A stretch of DNA of 64,000 nt from Camelus dromedarius (lineage: Eukaryota): contig NC_087436.1 in NCBI RefSeq assembly GCF_036321535.1, positions 114,702,001 to 114,766,000 on the forward strand, written 5' to 3'. The notes below the pieces were generated by a model that was not told the DNA's origin, ran no database searches, and saw only the letters and a list, made by a program, of their open reading frames with translations. How positions within the stretch are numbered: position 1 is the stretch's first letter; each line of letters starts with the position of its first letter. Positions 13,011-26,269 of the stretch are shown here, piece by piece. The translations under genes were made by a program, and so were the position numbers.

Positions 13011-15997
13011 TAAAAAATCTTAAAACAACAGTTGTTAAATTATAGGTGCTTAAAAAATCAGTTCAATTTATGAAGGAAGGAATGAATGCGTTTAATGTAT
13101 TAAAGAATAATAAAAATACCCAAAAAAGGGCCAAAAAAAAAAAAAAGCTAAACAATTCCAGACAAAGAGACTGAGAATTCTTATCAATTAGACAGTTCAG
13201 TCCCAGAGTGAGGAAATGTCTGTTCCGATGCAGGTTGGGTTAAGCACAGTTTATCATGGGACAGTGAGGGCACAGAGACTGATGCGGTGTCAGGGTGGTA
13301 CACTGAGCAGGATCCAGTCAGAGACACCAGGCTCATGTCATCTCTTCTCTGTCCTGCGGTGATTCTCAAATTGAGGTGGGGAGCATCAGTGTCAAGAAGA
13401 CTTTGTTAAACAACTGCTGTGTTCTGGCAGATTTTAATGAACTTTTCCCTTATTACACCCTCTCTCTGCCCCTTTCTCCCCTTTCTCAACCAACTGAAAA
13501 TTACTACCTGCAAAAGAGATATTACCAATGGGCACGCATTTTGGTCGAGAAAGTTCGAGAACTCACGGGCAGGGTTTGTAGCCTGGGCATCGGTTCATGT
13601 CACGTGTGTAGAGATCTGCATATCATTCTTTTTCTCGTAGTTTAGATTCAGTTATTCTCAGTGTATTCCTGAAGTCTATCAGGTATCAAGATTTGAACCA
13701 GATATTGGAATTAACTTTCTTGCCTCCAGGGTAGGCAAACCAGGTAACCAGCTTCTGCCCCGTCACTGCGCTCTACCTGAGCGAGGCTAACTCTTAACAA
13801 AGCGCTCTACGTATTACAAAAACGCCTTTGTAAACCACAAAATGCTCTTTGAACATAAATGGAAGTGATTTCTGCCCTGCTCCAACAGTCTTCTACACTC
13901 AATAAGTCACTGCATTCACAGTGGTCTCTTTATGAAATTCCCCATCCCCCACTTCTGAGCAAGTAACTTGATACAGCTTTTTGGAGACCCCTTTGTCTGT
14001 CGGTAAATAGCTCAGGGGGAAGTTACAAAACCTCTCTCCCCAAGAGTACTTACCAACCCATGAAGACTGGAGTGAAGTTTTCACATCTTTTATTTCTGAA
14101 CCTCACAGTGACTCTGGGAGAGAAATAGGATGATGCCCATTTTACAGGTGAGGAAACTGAGGCTCAAGCTACCTGTCCAGGGGCTTTAAACTGAGATCAC
14201 CCGACTCTCTGAATACCCTCCAACCATTAGACTATCAGTGAGGTCAGGGAGGAGGTCTGTCTTGCTCACTGCTGCAATTCTAAAACTTACTCTGTAGAGC
14301 AATGCTCAGTAATGTCCACTGGATGAACAAATGAATGAATGAAGGAATGATTGCATGCAGATCAGCTACAACATTCAAATTCCCTGGGGCTGAGTGTAGT
14401 GTCTGGCAGGGAGTAAAGCTCAGTGGATGTCTGTGGTAAGGATGAGTGAGTGAATGAATGAGCGAGTGCCCCTGTGAGGGTCAGACGTGCCAGATGGAGG
14501 TTAAGTGCTCACTCACCTGGGCTCACCTCCAGGTTCAGGGACAAGGATGTTTCTTCGGGTCCTTGTAGACACTTCCCGACAGTTCTGGAGGAAGCCTCGC
14601 CCATGGGGCCTGGGCGCCTCCCTGCTCTCAGCACACGCAGCAGGTCTGCAGGAACACACACCCGTCAGAAGCATCTTTCCTCTACAGAAAGCAGAGCTGG
14701 TATGTGAGTTGAGCATCCCAGAAGGCTGTCACCCCTACCCCCATCCTTGGGACCATATATGGGCATCTCTTACCCACAGATCAGCCATAAAAAGTCCACT
14801 CTGCCCCGCCTCTCTGAGAAGCAGCATCTCAGTGCTCCAGTCCCTTTGTCCCAGTCCCTGGGTCTTATTTATGGTCGGTCTGTTTCAGTGTTCACAGTTC
14901 CCAGGGAGGCCTCGCTGCTCTGCTGTGGGCCTTCCGAGGACTGTTGATACTTGAACTCCTGTCCCAGTGAATCAGCTACCCTGTGCATTTAACACACCGT
15001 CCTGCCCACATCTGCACTCTCGGAATGTCCTCCTTGTGTGGCTTTGCCACTTGGGGGCTGGAGTTGAGGAAAGGAGATGCTCTCTTCTCCTGTCCTGTCT
15101 CTTCTTCCCGCCTCTGCAACAAGCACCTCTTGTTCACAGCAGAGCAGCCACTGCATTCAGGTCCACCCCCACTGCCCAGGCCTTGGCCTGGCTCTCCCCA
15201 TCTCTGGCCAGCTGATGGCTCGGTTTCTTGACTGTTCAGTGAGGACCCAAGGCCTGTCTTGCTCACTGGGCAGGGTGTCACTTCTGGCTTGACTGAGTCC
15301 TGCTTCCAGGACATGTTCTAAAAGTGGCTTGTTTGTTGATATAAGCTTTTCTTGTCTTTTCTCATTTTCTCCTTAGAGCATGTTAATTAAAAGAAAACCA
15401 ATAAATAAACAGCAAAATAATTGATGCTAACCAACGATCAGTGTACAAATCATCACTCACTGCCTAAATCCCAACTTTTTAATCAGGCACCCCAATCAGG
15501 GCCTTTGCTTGGTCTTTGTGCCTTTTTGCGGGGGGTTGGTGGGAGGCAGTTAACATTGCTCCTGCTTACCTCGTGCTGTACATGTTAGCCCCTTTGCGCA
15601 TGAGCTCTTCCTTAACCCTTGGAACATCACTGTGGGCAGCACAGGGATCCTGTCATGCAGCTATGAAAACTGAGGCTCCACAATGTCAATCAGTTGTCAA
15701 GTTCATGCTCGTTAGTGCAAGAGTGGGGACGCACTCACATCTCTCAAAGGTGCAGCTTGCTTTTATTTCTGCCTCATCCTTCTTTTTAGAAAGAAATAGT
15801 CAATAGAAAACTCTCCTCCGATGGCCCATCATTGCGTATGTCATGGTCTTTGTGCCCAAGAGATCTTGGATACAAAACTCCCATACGAAGCTACGAAATA
15901 GGATTAAGTTATGTGATTTATCATGTTGCCCAAAAGTGGAGGTTTCAGTTTGTTTTCAAAGGAGAAGTTGCTAAGAGTGTGTGCCTATATGTGAACT

Positions 15998-16495
15998 TGT
16001 TATGAGTCCAAACTCGTGACAGGCCAATAAATAGGGAACAAAGTGTTGGGGCAAGCAGTAGCAGCTTTATTCAGAAAATCAGCAAACCAAGAAGATGGCA
16101 GACTAATATCCTGGAGAATCATCTTACCCCCAGCAGCATTTAGGCTCCTTTTATACTAAAAGGAGATGGGGTGTGGTTGTTTGTTGCAAACTTCTTGGTG
16201 TCAGAGTCCTTTGTTTTTGCAGCTGCCCAGGTCATGATGTTCCTGTAAACCTCCGACAAGACAAATGTTATTCTCTGTTCTGTAACTTTTTATCTCTGTA
16301 TGAATGGAGAAGTGTTAAAACCTTAAAGGTCAGAGCCTTGAGAATGGGCTGTCTAGCCTGTGTATTTCAGGCTCTAGGCAACATTCTTTTACAAAAGGTA
16401 CAGAATCAGTATGACTGAGCCCAGGAAACAGAGCCCAGGGTTACAACTAAAGGAACAGATCTAAAGTGGAGTCAAATATTTTCTTCCCTATTACA
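15998..16495 (-). mobile_element. ERV1-type solo LTR, same family as 44929-45431
   Basis: Reverse complement begins TGTAATAGGGAAGAA and ends GGACTCATAACA, and aligns end to end by eye with the 44929 copy. 4-bp TSD AACT (15994-15997 and 16496-16499). Confidence 0.9.
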
Positions 16496-19400
16496 AACTC
16501 AGGAGTTAGTGGAATTAATGTTCCCTGACATCCATTATGCCTCTGTGATAAGTACCTCATTTAATACTCTCAAACAGTCTTCCCAGATAGATATTCCTCA
16601 CTTACGAGGCTTTGATTTATTTCTATTCTTATCATGAAAAATTTCAAATATATGGAAAACTAAAAATAATACAATACACACCCATATTTCCCTCATCTAG
16701 ATTAGCAGTAATTGTCAGTTTTCCATATTTACTTTCTTTTTTCTCTGCTTAATTAAAGTATAGACATCAGGACATGTCACCCCTAAATATTCCAGGATGC
16801 AGTATGACATAAGGAATTTTCCAATATAACTATATATCTTCATCTATATACATAAATTTTCTAATATAACATTGAGTCACATAGGAGGAAGTTCCCCATA
16901 TTAAAGCAGGAGACATGTTCAGAATTTATCAGCTCCAGACAAGTAAACTATCTTTGGAACCCTGTAGGATGACCCACTTTTTTCTCACCATGCTGAACAC
17001 TGAGTTATAGGGCTTACATTTGAGAGGGTGAATTCCCTAAATGTAAAGGTAAGAGGGGCTGTAGATGATGCTTGGAGAGACTAGGCACTGACTGCAGCCC
17101 CCAGGTAGCACCTGCATTTGGAACTTTCCATTTTGCATCTCCTATCTTTAAGGTCACTCAAAGTGCAGAGAATACGTAGGCCCCTTGTACCCAATGGAAT
17201 TCAGGGGGTGTAGCTGGATGTGATGAACCTCAAACTTGAAATCCTTCTTAAGAATCCTGACTATCTTTTTAAAAATATGAATTCTGCTTTATAATCTCTC
17301 CAAGTGTGTCTTAATATGTATTCATGAATGTATTGTTCATTCATTGCAACAGCTGTCTTCTGAGGACAAGCTATGTGCAAGCACTGGATACAGGTTAATG
17401 AACAAGTCAGACCTAAGAGGTGGGATCATTTTGTTCCCACGTCCTCACTCCGCTTTCCTAGTGACATTAGCTCTCTATAGGCGGTGCCATGTTGACCCCA
17501 GGGCTTCCTGTGTTCCTTTTTCTCTTTGGCACACTTTGCACCGGGTTTGAGAGAGGAAATGGTAAGTTTGCAGGTCCCAGGAAGCAGGAGGTGTCCAAGG
17601 GTGCTGACCGATGTGGTCTTCTGGTGAAGCACAGTCCTTGTATGTTAGTGGCTGGTGGCTCAGTCTGGTTTGCCGAGAACTTGATTCACTGGACTCTCAC
17701 TGCACACCTACTGTGTGCTGGACTTCAGTGGTCCTAAAAAGATGAATAAAATGGGTTCCTGGACTATGAAGCAGGCAAATGTGTGTCAAACTAATTATAT
17801 GATAACATTATGGGGGATCTCTAGTGTTCATGGCCTCTAGCTCTCCATTCCATGAGAATCTGTTATTATTCTTTCATTCACTTAACGTGTATTTATTGAG
17901 AACCTCCATTTTAGGTGCTGGAGACAATGAATAAGATAGACTGAGTCCTTAATGTCATGCAACTTACCTTCTAACATGAGGTCATACTCCTTTCTGTAAA
18001 ACGTATGTTTCCCCAGTGGCTTACAGTTGCAAAGTACTTTTTTCATACATACCTAATTTTGATACAACATTCCATGAAATAGGCAAAATAAGTCTTCTTA
18101 TTCCAATGTTTCAGGACAGGAAATTGAAGCTCAGAGAAATTAAGAGGCTTGTGAGTAAAGCAACAGGTCTGGACTTTTAAGATCATGCTCTCGTCTCCCC
18201 ATCACATGAACTCGAGTTACTGAGGTCCCAGGGCTGTGTAAGGCATGGTACTCAGCCCTGAGGATAGAAAGATGAAGGCTCCTGCATGTATAGATCAGGT
18301 CCTGACTCCCTCCCTGAGCTTCCGTCTCTTAATAATGTTGTTTCTTCCTCTCCCTTTCCTTCCTTCCTTCCTACTTCCCCTTCTCAGTGAACAACACCAC
18401 AATTCACCGACTTAACCAAACCAACATTCTAGGGATAGTCTCAGTTTCTCTCTTTATCATGCTCACCCCCTATACCTTGTCAATTCAGCTTCCAACATAT
18501 ATTTTGAATGTGTTCAGTTTTCTCCATCTCCACCATGACCTTCATTGTCTACAGCCCTTTTGCTTTTCTGGACCGCCACAATACATCCAAAGAGATGTCC
18601 TGCTCCTGTCCTTGCCCTACGAAGAGCAGACTGAAACTGAGTGCACTTTGAAAAAACTAGGCATGACCCTTCCTTGTTTAATATCCTCTAATGAACTCAG
18701 TTCCTCTTAGAACAAAATCCTGCCTCTCTCCCCTGGTCTGTGAAGCACTGTGTGATCTGGTCTCTTCCTTCCTCACCCTTATCCATAAACAACCTATCCT
18801 CATCCTAGGACTCCCGCCACACTCTCCTGCCAGCCACCCTGGTGCTCTCCATCGCATGAGAATCCCAAGCTGATTTCCATTTAATGGCCTTTGCTCTTTC
18901 TTTTAATTCTCACGTGGGCTGGGCCTTCTAATCATTTGATTCCCAGATTAAATGTCACTTCCTCAGAAAGACCTTCTTCGGCCTATCTAACGGAGCGCCC
19001 CACATTCTCACAGCACTCTGTTAATGTTCTGTATTAGACCAATCTCTGTCAAATACAGCTTCTTGTTTACTTGCTTGTCTACCCTTGCCTGTCTCCTTCA
19101 ACAGAAGGTAAACCCTGGTAGATCAAGAATTTTATCCATTGTCTTTCTTTATCCTCAATATGCCCATAACAATGGCTAGCACATAGTAAATGTTCAATAA
19201 ATATTATTTGATGGAAGGAATTAAAGCCAGGGCTTTTTCTCTCCAACTATGAATACATTTTAACAACTTCTTGCTCAAAGCAGTTGATTGTAGAATATGA
19301 CCAGGTAAGGGCCCATGGGTATAAATCTCTGGACTTGGTAAAAGAGAATGGCTGGGAGTTCTAAGTGCTAATTCTCCACGTAAGTGAAGCTAGGAACCCA

Positions 19401-21164
19401 CAGATTGCTCTCTTGGCAAACCTTATCTTTCAGAGGCTCTTAAGTAATAAATAATCAATGAAGACTGACTTCAAACTCAGTGCTCTCAAGTTGCCTCTCT
19501 GACATCCATGCAATAACCCTGTGATATGAAGCTTAACCACGTCATGGGACAGGTGAGAAAATGATGTTCAGGGAGGTGAGTTAATTTGTTCAAGGTTGTG
19601 TGTCACAGGAGAGCCAGAGCTGCAACTCAAACCCAGGGCTGTTTGATAGCTGAGCCATCCTCTTCCTGCCCTGAAAGCCAAAGATACATTAGCGAGCAGA
19701 GCCTTTTCAAGATTAAGGAGAGAAGTGTGCAGGTGACCTGGAAAATCATGACACATCTGAGTGGCTGATGTTCAGACTCAGTGAGTGGAAGTGCTGTCCA
19801 AGACAACTCTCCATCTGAGTGTAATTTTCTCTTAAAAAAGAGCAATTTCACTGCAAACTTGGGAAGCACCTTCCTCAGAGAGAGCCCAGTCATAAGGGTG
19901 CCACCTTCAAAATGCAAGAATGCCTGATTTGTGCTTTTTTCAAACGGTAAAGAGAGCTCTGAAGCATATTAAATTTTTATGAGGTGTGTTGCTGACTAAA
20001 AATTTTTTTGAGCAAATAATCATACAAAAAGAGTAGACCACATACTTAAAATTAAAACCTCCAAATAAGAAAAATATTTACTAAACAAACTTACACCAAG
20101 CCACAGTGACCTTCCTAATGGGCTTTCTCCCTGAAATATTGAGCTAATTCAATTCTTGGAATAATTTTAATCAGCAAATTGATGGGTCATTAGTAGAGAA
20201 TGGTGATACTTGAGGTATGGCCTGTGGGATAATGTGAGAATCCTGGCTAACACGGGAAAGATCTGCGGAGTTCAGGCCCATCACTAACTGTGTGATCTTG
20301 GGAATCCAGATAAGCTCTTTGGGATACAGTTTCTCCATCTTTAAAATAGAGATAGTGGTATGTGCCTTTATTGTCTCTCAAGGTAATTATAAAAATCAAA
20401 TGATTAACGGATGTGAAGACATTTGAGGTAATGAAGTGTAATGGAAGTGTAAAATCCTTATTTAGGATCTTAACGGTACTGATTATTCCGGCAACGCTAA
20501 CAGACTTATTTGCAATGCCCAAGAGCGGGAGGCTTTTGTCTTAGGACTCTTTTCCCCTGTTCTTTCCTTATAGCCCATCCCCAAGAGCTTTTAAGGCTTT
20601 CACCCCGGAACACGTGCAGTTTGTTATTTTTATGGCCTCTGTTACAAATCTTGTCCGTTCCCTTGAGCCTGGTTATTTACAAGACTTCTAAAAATTCTTC
20701 TTCCCTCAGTTCCTTTTTCCTCCAGGCCATCCTGTTATCTTCACGTCATTCACCAAAGCAAAAATAGCCCATGACACCCAACTAACCATCAAAAACAGCC
20801 CTCCTACCAGATAGACTTCCGATTAGACCTCCTCAGCTCTCCATCACTCAGTCTAACTTGGCTGCAGCCAGATGGACCTCTTCTTTGTCCTCTAACACCC
20901 ATTACATTTTCCCACCTCCAATCTTTGCGTTTGCTGCTCCTCTTCCTAGGACTGCTCTCCCTTCTCCCAAATGTCCATTTCAAGCTTCCAGACTCAGCTT
21001 AGGGCTGCATTTTCACGGTAGTTCTTACCTTCATTAAATTCTTTTCACGATTCGTCACCCCTGAGCTGATGGCCTTTCCTAATTGGAGCTGGTTTATCCA
21101 ATCTGTTGAGAAGCTGGGCTGTCAGACTCTTCCTCAGTGTTTCCCCAAGTTTATTATTTATAGC

Positions 21165-21240
21165 AGTGTTTTCCAAGTCTTGGACATGACTCACAGTAAG
21201 AAATGGATTTTACACTGAGGCCCAACACACACACACACAG

Positions 21241-21274
<34 letters not shown>

Positions 21275-21462
21275 ACACACATACATACATGAATGCATAC
21301 AAAACAAAAAAATTCAAGAAACATGAATTATCCTTGTATGTGTAATACACGCTGGTGGTGTTTTATAGTATTCTAGTCTCTCATTGAAGCAATCTGGCTG
21401 TAACTTACACATTGATTTCACAATCCACCAATGGAGTGAAACCAGAGGTTTGCAAAACACTA
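21165..21462. mobile_element. hAT-Charlie (Charlie4-like) element containing a (CA)n microsatellite at 21224-21290
   Basis: cagtgttttccaa...aaaacactag termini, reverse homolog of the 10540 element. Confidence 0.6.
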
Positions 21463-21849
21463 GTTTATAGTATCAATTTTATGTACAGAATCTTTTGGAG
21501 CCCGGCTCTTGGTATTCCAAGCTAAACTTTTGGAATTGAAAAAAAAAATTCCTCTTTCAAGTTTTGATCATGCACTCGCAAGTCTTGACTTTCAAGACCA
21601 TTCTCTATGCTATGAGCTAGTGCAAATTTGTTTAGAAACTCCATTCACTATTGATCACCTCCTGTGGTGATTCTGTCAAATTCTAGCTCTTAAATATCAG
21701 TCAGTTTTCTTCCTCCTTACTGTATCTATTGCTACTTTGCTAGTTCAGAGCCTTATCATCTCTTGCCTAGAATATACCAATGGCCTCTCAACTGACCTTC
21801 CAGTCTCTAATATTATCTCTTTCCCTTTGATTCTTTCAGGTCAAAGTGT

Positions 21850-22520
21850 TAATTTGCACATTGTATTATGTCAATATAGCATAAATTCTATAAATAGCAT
21901 ACAAGTACTCTTAATATGAATGCAGCAAATTTCTTTTTAGGTCTATTCATAGGAATTTAAAGTATTTTTGTTATTGTAAAAGGGATCTTTTTGTATTACA
22001 TCTTATAATTATTTCAGACATACAGGAAAACTTTTAAAATATGTATTTTTAACAGTTATGTTATTGAACTATCTTATTACTTCAAAAGTTATTCATTTAA
22101 TATTTTTGTGTGTTTTCTAGGTATACAACTATATATGCCTCAGATAAATAAAGCTTTTATTTATAAGACATTTATACATTTATAAGCACATGAGACATTT
22201 TAAAGTCTTATTTCTTTATTTTATCTTATGGTATTATCTAGAAGTTACACAAGACTGGTAAATAAAATAGGCGGTACCTGTTGTTCTTGTCTTGTCCTTG
22301 ACTTTCATAGGAATTCATCTGATATACTATAGCTAGGAATAATTCTGTCAATTAATTTTTAGATCAATATCTTTTGTCATGTTAAAGAAATAGTCTTCTA
22401 TTCATTTTTACTAAGATTTAAAGTAAACAATAATGGATTTTGAATTTTATTATACATTATACAAGAATTTGTTAAAGTGACTATATAATTTTATTCTGTT
22501 AATTCATGATGTGATTAATT
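21850..22520 (-). mobile_element. Ancient L1M ORF2-region fragment
   Basis: AT-rich decayed L1 antisense signature (ttgtcttgtccttgacttt, gttaaagaaatagtcttctattc). Confidence 0.55.
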
Positions 22521-23479
22521 ATATTAATAATATTGTGTTAGAAATAATATGTGGATCTGGAATAATATTATGGCAATTGGTCAGAAGAACCAGGAATACC
22601 TCAATCCTATCTCAAGTTTTTGTCACCCTCCTAAAAATGTTCCTAAAGGGGAAATATGCACAAAGAATAATTACAAAGAGGATCACATTCCAATTTAAAG
22701 AACTGGAAGGCAAGGCTGGGCCACATAGAACACTAATTTTTCCTAAGCTAATTTGGTTCAGACTAAAGTTTGAAAAGAAAACTATTACTTCTTTTTCACT
22801 AAACCCAAACTGAAGCCAAGTCTCAGATCTTTACACCCCAGTCCCATTAAAAGAAGACGTGTGAAAGAGAAAGAGAGAGGGTGACTGGTCTTTCTTTGAG
22901 AAAGCCCTAAGTTTGCTTGTGGCATCTGATGAATGGATAAATAGGAATAAGACAGAAGTCAAGTCCGCTTGAAAGATTTCCTAATATTGAGACAGTCTTA
23001 CTTTCTGGAATAAACCATTAACAAATCTTGTTGCTTTTTTCCAAAAGACAGCCAGAATCTGCTACATTCTCACCACCTCCACTGGTATACCATGGTCATG
23101 GCCACCACGAACTCCTGCTTGGATTATAAGAATAATCTCCAAAGTGCTCCATTGCTTTTACTCTTACTTCTAAAATCTATTCTCCATTCAATTCCAGAGT
23201 GGTTCTTTAAAATTCAAACATAAGACGAATTATGCCACTTTGTTGTTCAAAATTCTCCTATGGCTCCCATCTCATTGGAGCAAAACTCAAAGTCCTTCCA
23301 ATGGTTTATAAGTCCCTACCTGAGCAGTCCCCCTGTACCTCAGACTCTCTGATTTCTTCTCCTACTGTTCTCTCCTGGGTCACCACAGGCTTTTTGCTGC
23401 ACCTTGAACACTCCAGACACATGTTCCTTGTTCTTTTCCCAGCCTTAGGTAGCTTCTTCACATGAATATGCTGACCAGT

Positions 23480-23845
23480 ATCTGCTAAATGCTTGAGGTG
23501 GATCCTTTGAAGATCTCCAGAGTTTTCTGAATGGCTGTCTTCTCTGGAACTCTATCCTGAAAACTCTAGCTGCCTTTGTCTTCTCAGAATCTTAGCTCCA
23601 CCTTCTCAAATCAGAGAGTATGCTGGGCTCCACCTGTGTTCCTCCTCCCTGCACCCCAGCAAACCCCAGCTTGCTCTCCAGGTAGCAAGCTCACTTTATT
23701 TCTTATCTCTCATCCATCACTCATCACCTGATATCCAAAGACTTGAAAACCATTGTTTTATATATTTTGCCCAGATAGTCTAGTTGTTTTAAGTGGAAGG
23801 GTAAATATGGCTCACGTTACTCCATCTTGGCTGGGAGCAGAACTT
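23480..23845 (-). mobile_element. Ancient L1M/HAL1-type 5' end fragment
   Basis: agggtaaat...gttactccatcttggc is the reverse complement of the 6350 element. Confidence 0.5.
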
Positions 23846-24079
23846 CTTAGCCCTTCTTTTTCTCCCCCCATTTTTCTGTTTTATTAGGTAGAATTGTTAC
23901 ATTGACTGCACATACACAATATATTGCATGTAAATACATATGCACAATATACTGCACATTTTTTAAATTTACTTATATGTACTATTCATTGTTTCCAAGA
24001 ATGTTTAGAGCTTTAGGTTTTTAAACTTACATAGTTATCAAAGGAATAAAGCCAACCACAAAATAAAATAAGAATGAAT

Positions 24080-24215
24080 TCCCAGAGATATATGTACCCC
24101 ACTATTAACAGCAAAAGTCTTTATAATTGCCAATATATGAAAGCATCCTTAACGCACATCAATAGATGAATGGATAAAGAAGATGCCGCATGCGTATATA
24201 TATATATATATATAT

Positions 24216-24253
<38 letters not shown>

Positions 24254-24570
24254 GGAATACAACTCACCCAAAAGAAAGAAGGATATTTTGCCACTTGCGG
24301 CCCTTTATTCACTTTTTTTTCTTCTTTTCACTTCAAAAGCCAAAATTTTACAACTGGCATAAACATTTCCACTGCATCAAAAACAACAAAATACCTAGAA
24401 ATAAACTTAACCAAGGAGGTTACCTATACTTTGAAAACTGGAAAACATTGATGAAGGAAATTGAAGATGATACAAAGAAATGGAAAGCTATCTTGTGCTC
24501 TTGGATTGGAAGAATCAACATCATCAAAATGGCTGTACTACCCAAAGCAACCCACAGGTCCAGTGCAACC
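24080..24570 (+). mobile_element. L1 ORF2 fragments in rearranged order with a (TA)n expansion at 24195-24250
   Basis: End-of-ORF2 sequence (gatgaatggataaagaagat) precedes the upstream ORF2 segment [36 protein letters not shown]. Confidence 0.75.
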
Positions 24571-26269
24571 CCTTCTTAATTCCCTTTTCTCCTTTAGTTT
24601 TTCTCCACAGCACTTACTAACATTTGACACATTCTTTATGTTACCTATTTATTTACTTATTGTCTATTTTTCTACTTACTAGAATATAATTCTACAAGTG
24701 ATTCTTACTTGTTCAGTGATGTATCTTTTGACCTAGAGAAGGGGTTGGCATGTTGTAGGTACTCAATAGTTATTTACTGAGTGCCAGCATCAGGAGGAAT
24801 TTCCCAGGACCATCAGGCTGTCGTTCGACTTCTGCAAGAAATCCTCAGTGTCAGCGGGGTCTGTGTTTGCGGGCTGGACACTCAGCTGCAAGAGTCTGTC
24901 ACCTCTGGAGTCACCCTCCTCGTGGAACACTTACTCATTCCTCTTGCCATCTCTCTTAAAGCGCTTTGCTTACCCAACACTCCTTAACCGGATCACAACT
25001 CTGAGAAGCATGGATGGAGGGTCTTAAGTTTCTTTTTAAAAATATAATCACTTTATAGCCAAGCATATATGCGTTTCTTCTCTACACCTACCCCTAAGCA
25101 GCTGCTATTTAATCCTCATCTCTTGCTTTGTATAAAACATGAACGTTAAAGGCCTTTTTAGCTCATAAGGGTGGAAGTTCAGGTGGGAATGAATCCAAGG
25201 GAAACTTTGGACTCACTCAGCAGGGGTGGGCCAGCTAAATAACAGCACCTTTTCCCACAGACTTCCCCTTGTCAGAGCTCTGAGCAAGCATTTCCCATCT
25301 GTCAGCTGGGCCATTCAGCAGTCACTCACTTGAGGAACTTAGTTAAGTGTGCGCATGTGTGAGCATGTGTGTGTGTTCACTGGAATGTGTGGAGGTCTCT
25401 GGGACAGGTTTTCCCAGTTTTAATCTCTATCTGGGCTTCACTTTGGTCTCAGAGATTTTGTACAGTCTTTCTTCTCATGACTTATTGGCTCTGTGTCATC
25501 CTTTAAGTCTCAGCTCAAATACTTTTTAGAGAGGACTTTTCTTTCTAAACCAATTAATGAAGGTTTCTCCTGTTACTATCATCCCTTGATGCAGTTACAG
25601 AATTCTGTAATTATCCAGTTTTTTATTAATTTATTTGGTTATTGTCAGTTTCTTCCTGCGATGTGACATCCATGGGGAGAGGAACTTTGCCTGTCTTGCT
25701 TATTTCCTTTCCCCCTCTGTCTCACATAGGGCCTGACATATAGTAGGTATTTAGAAAATGTGCATTGAATGAATGAATTAAGCTACTAGGAGAACAAAAG
25801 ACAAAAATGTCAATGAAAGAGTGCAGAATTTATAAGGAATTGCATATTTGTATATGGCTAGGGTAAAAACTGCTAGGTCAGAGTGGAGATTCAGGGCTAA
25901 ATCAAGAGGGCATTTTATACCCTGCCATGGTGATAACTAGACTTTATCCTGTAGATGATGTGGCTCAATGGAGGGGCTTAAGCAAGGGAAAACACAGTCA
26001 TATGTTTTGAAATAATCGATCTACCTGTGGAATAGTGAATAGATCAGAAGAGAATAAGACATGCTACAAAGGAACCAATTTGGACACTGTCAGAGTAATC
26101 TGGGTGAGAGATGGTAAAACTTCTAGGTAAGGCCATTGGCAGTGGAAATAAAGGAATATTCAAAAGATTTGAAGCAGAAAAATATGTTTTGCTTGAAAGT
26201 GGGAAATGAGGGAACTGGAATTAAAAGGAGTAGAAACAGAGCAGCAATAAACTCAAATGGGTCAAACAG

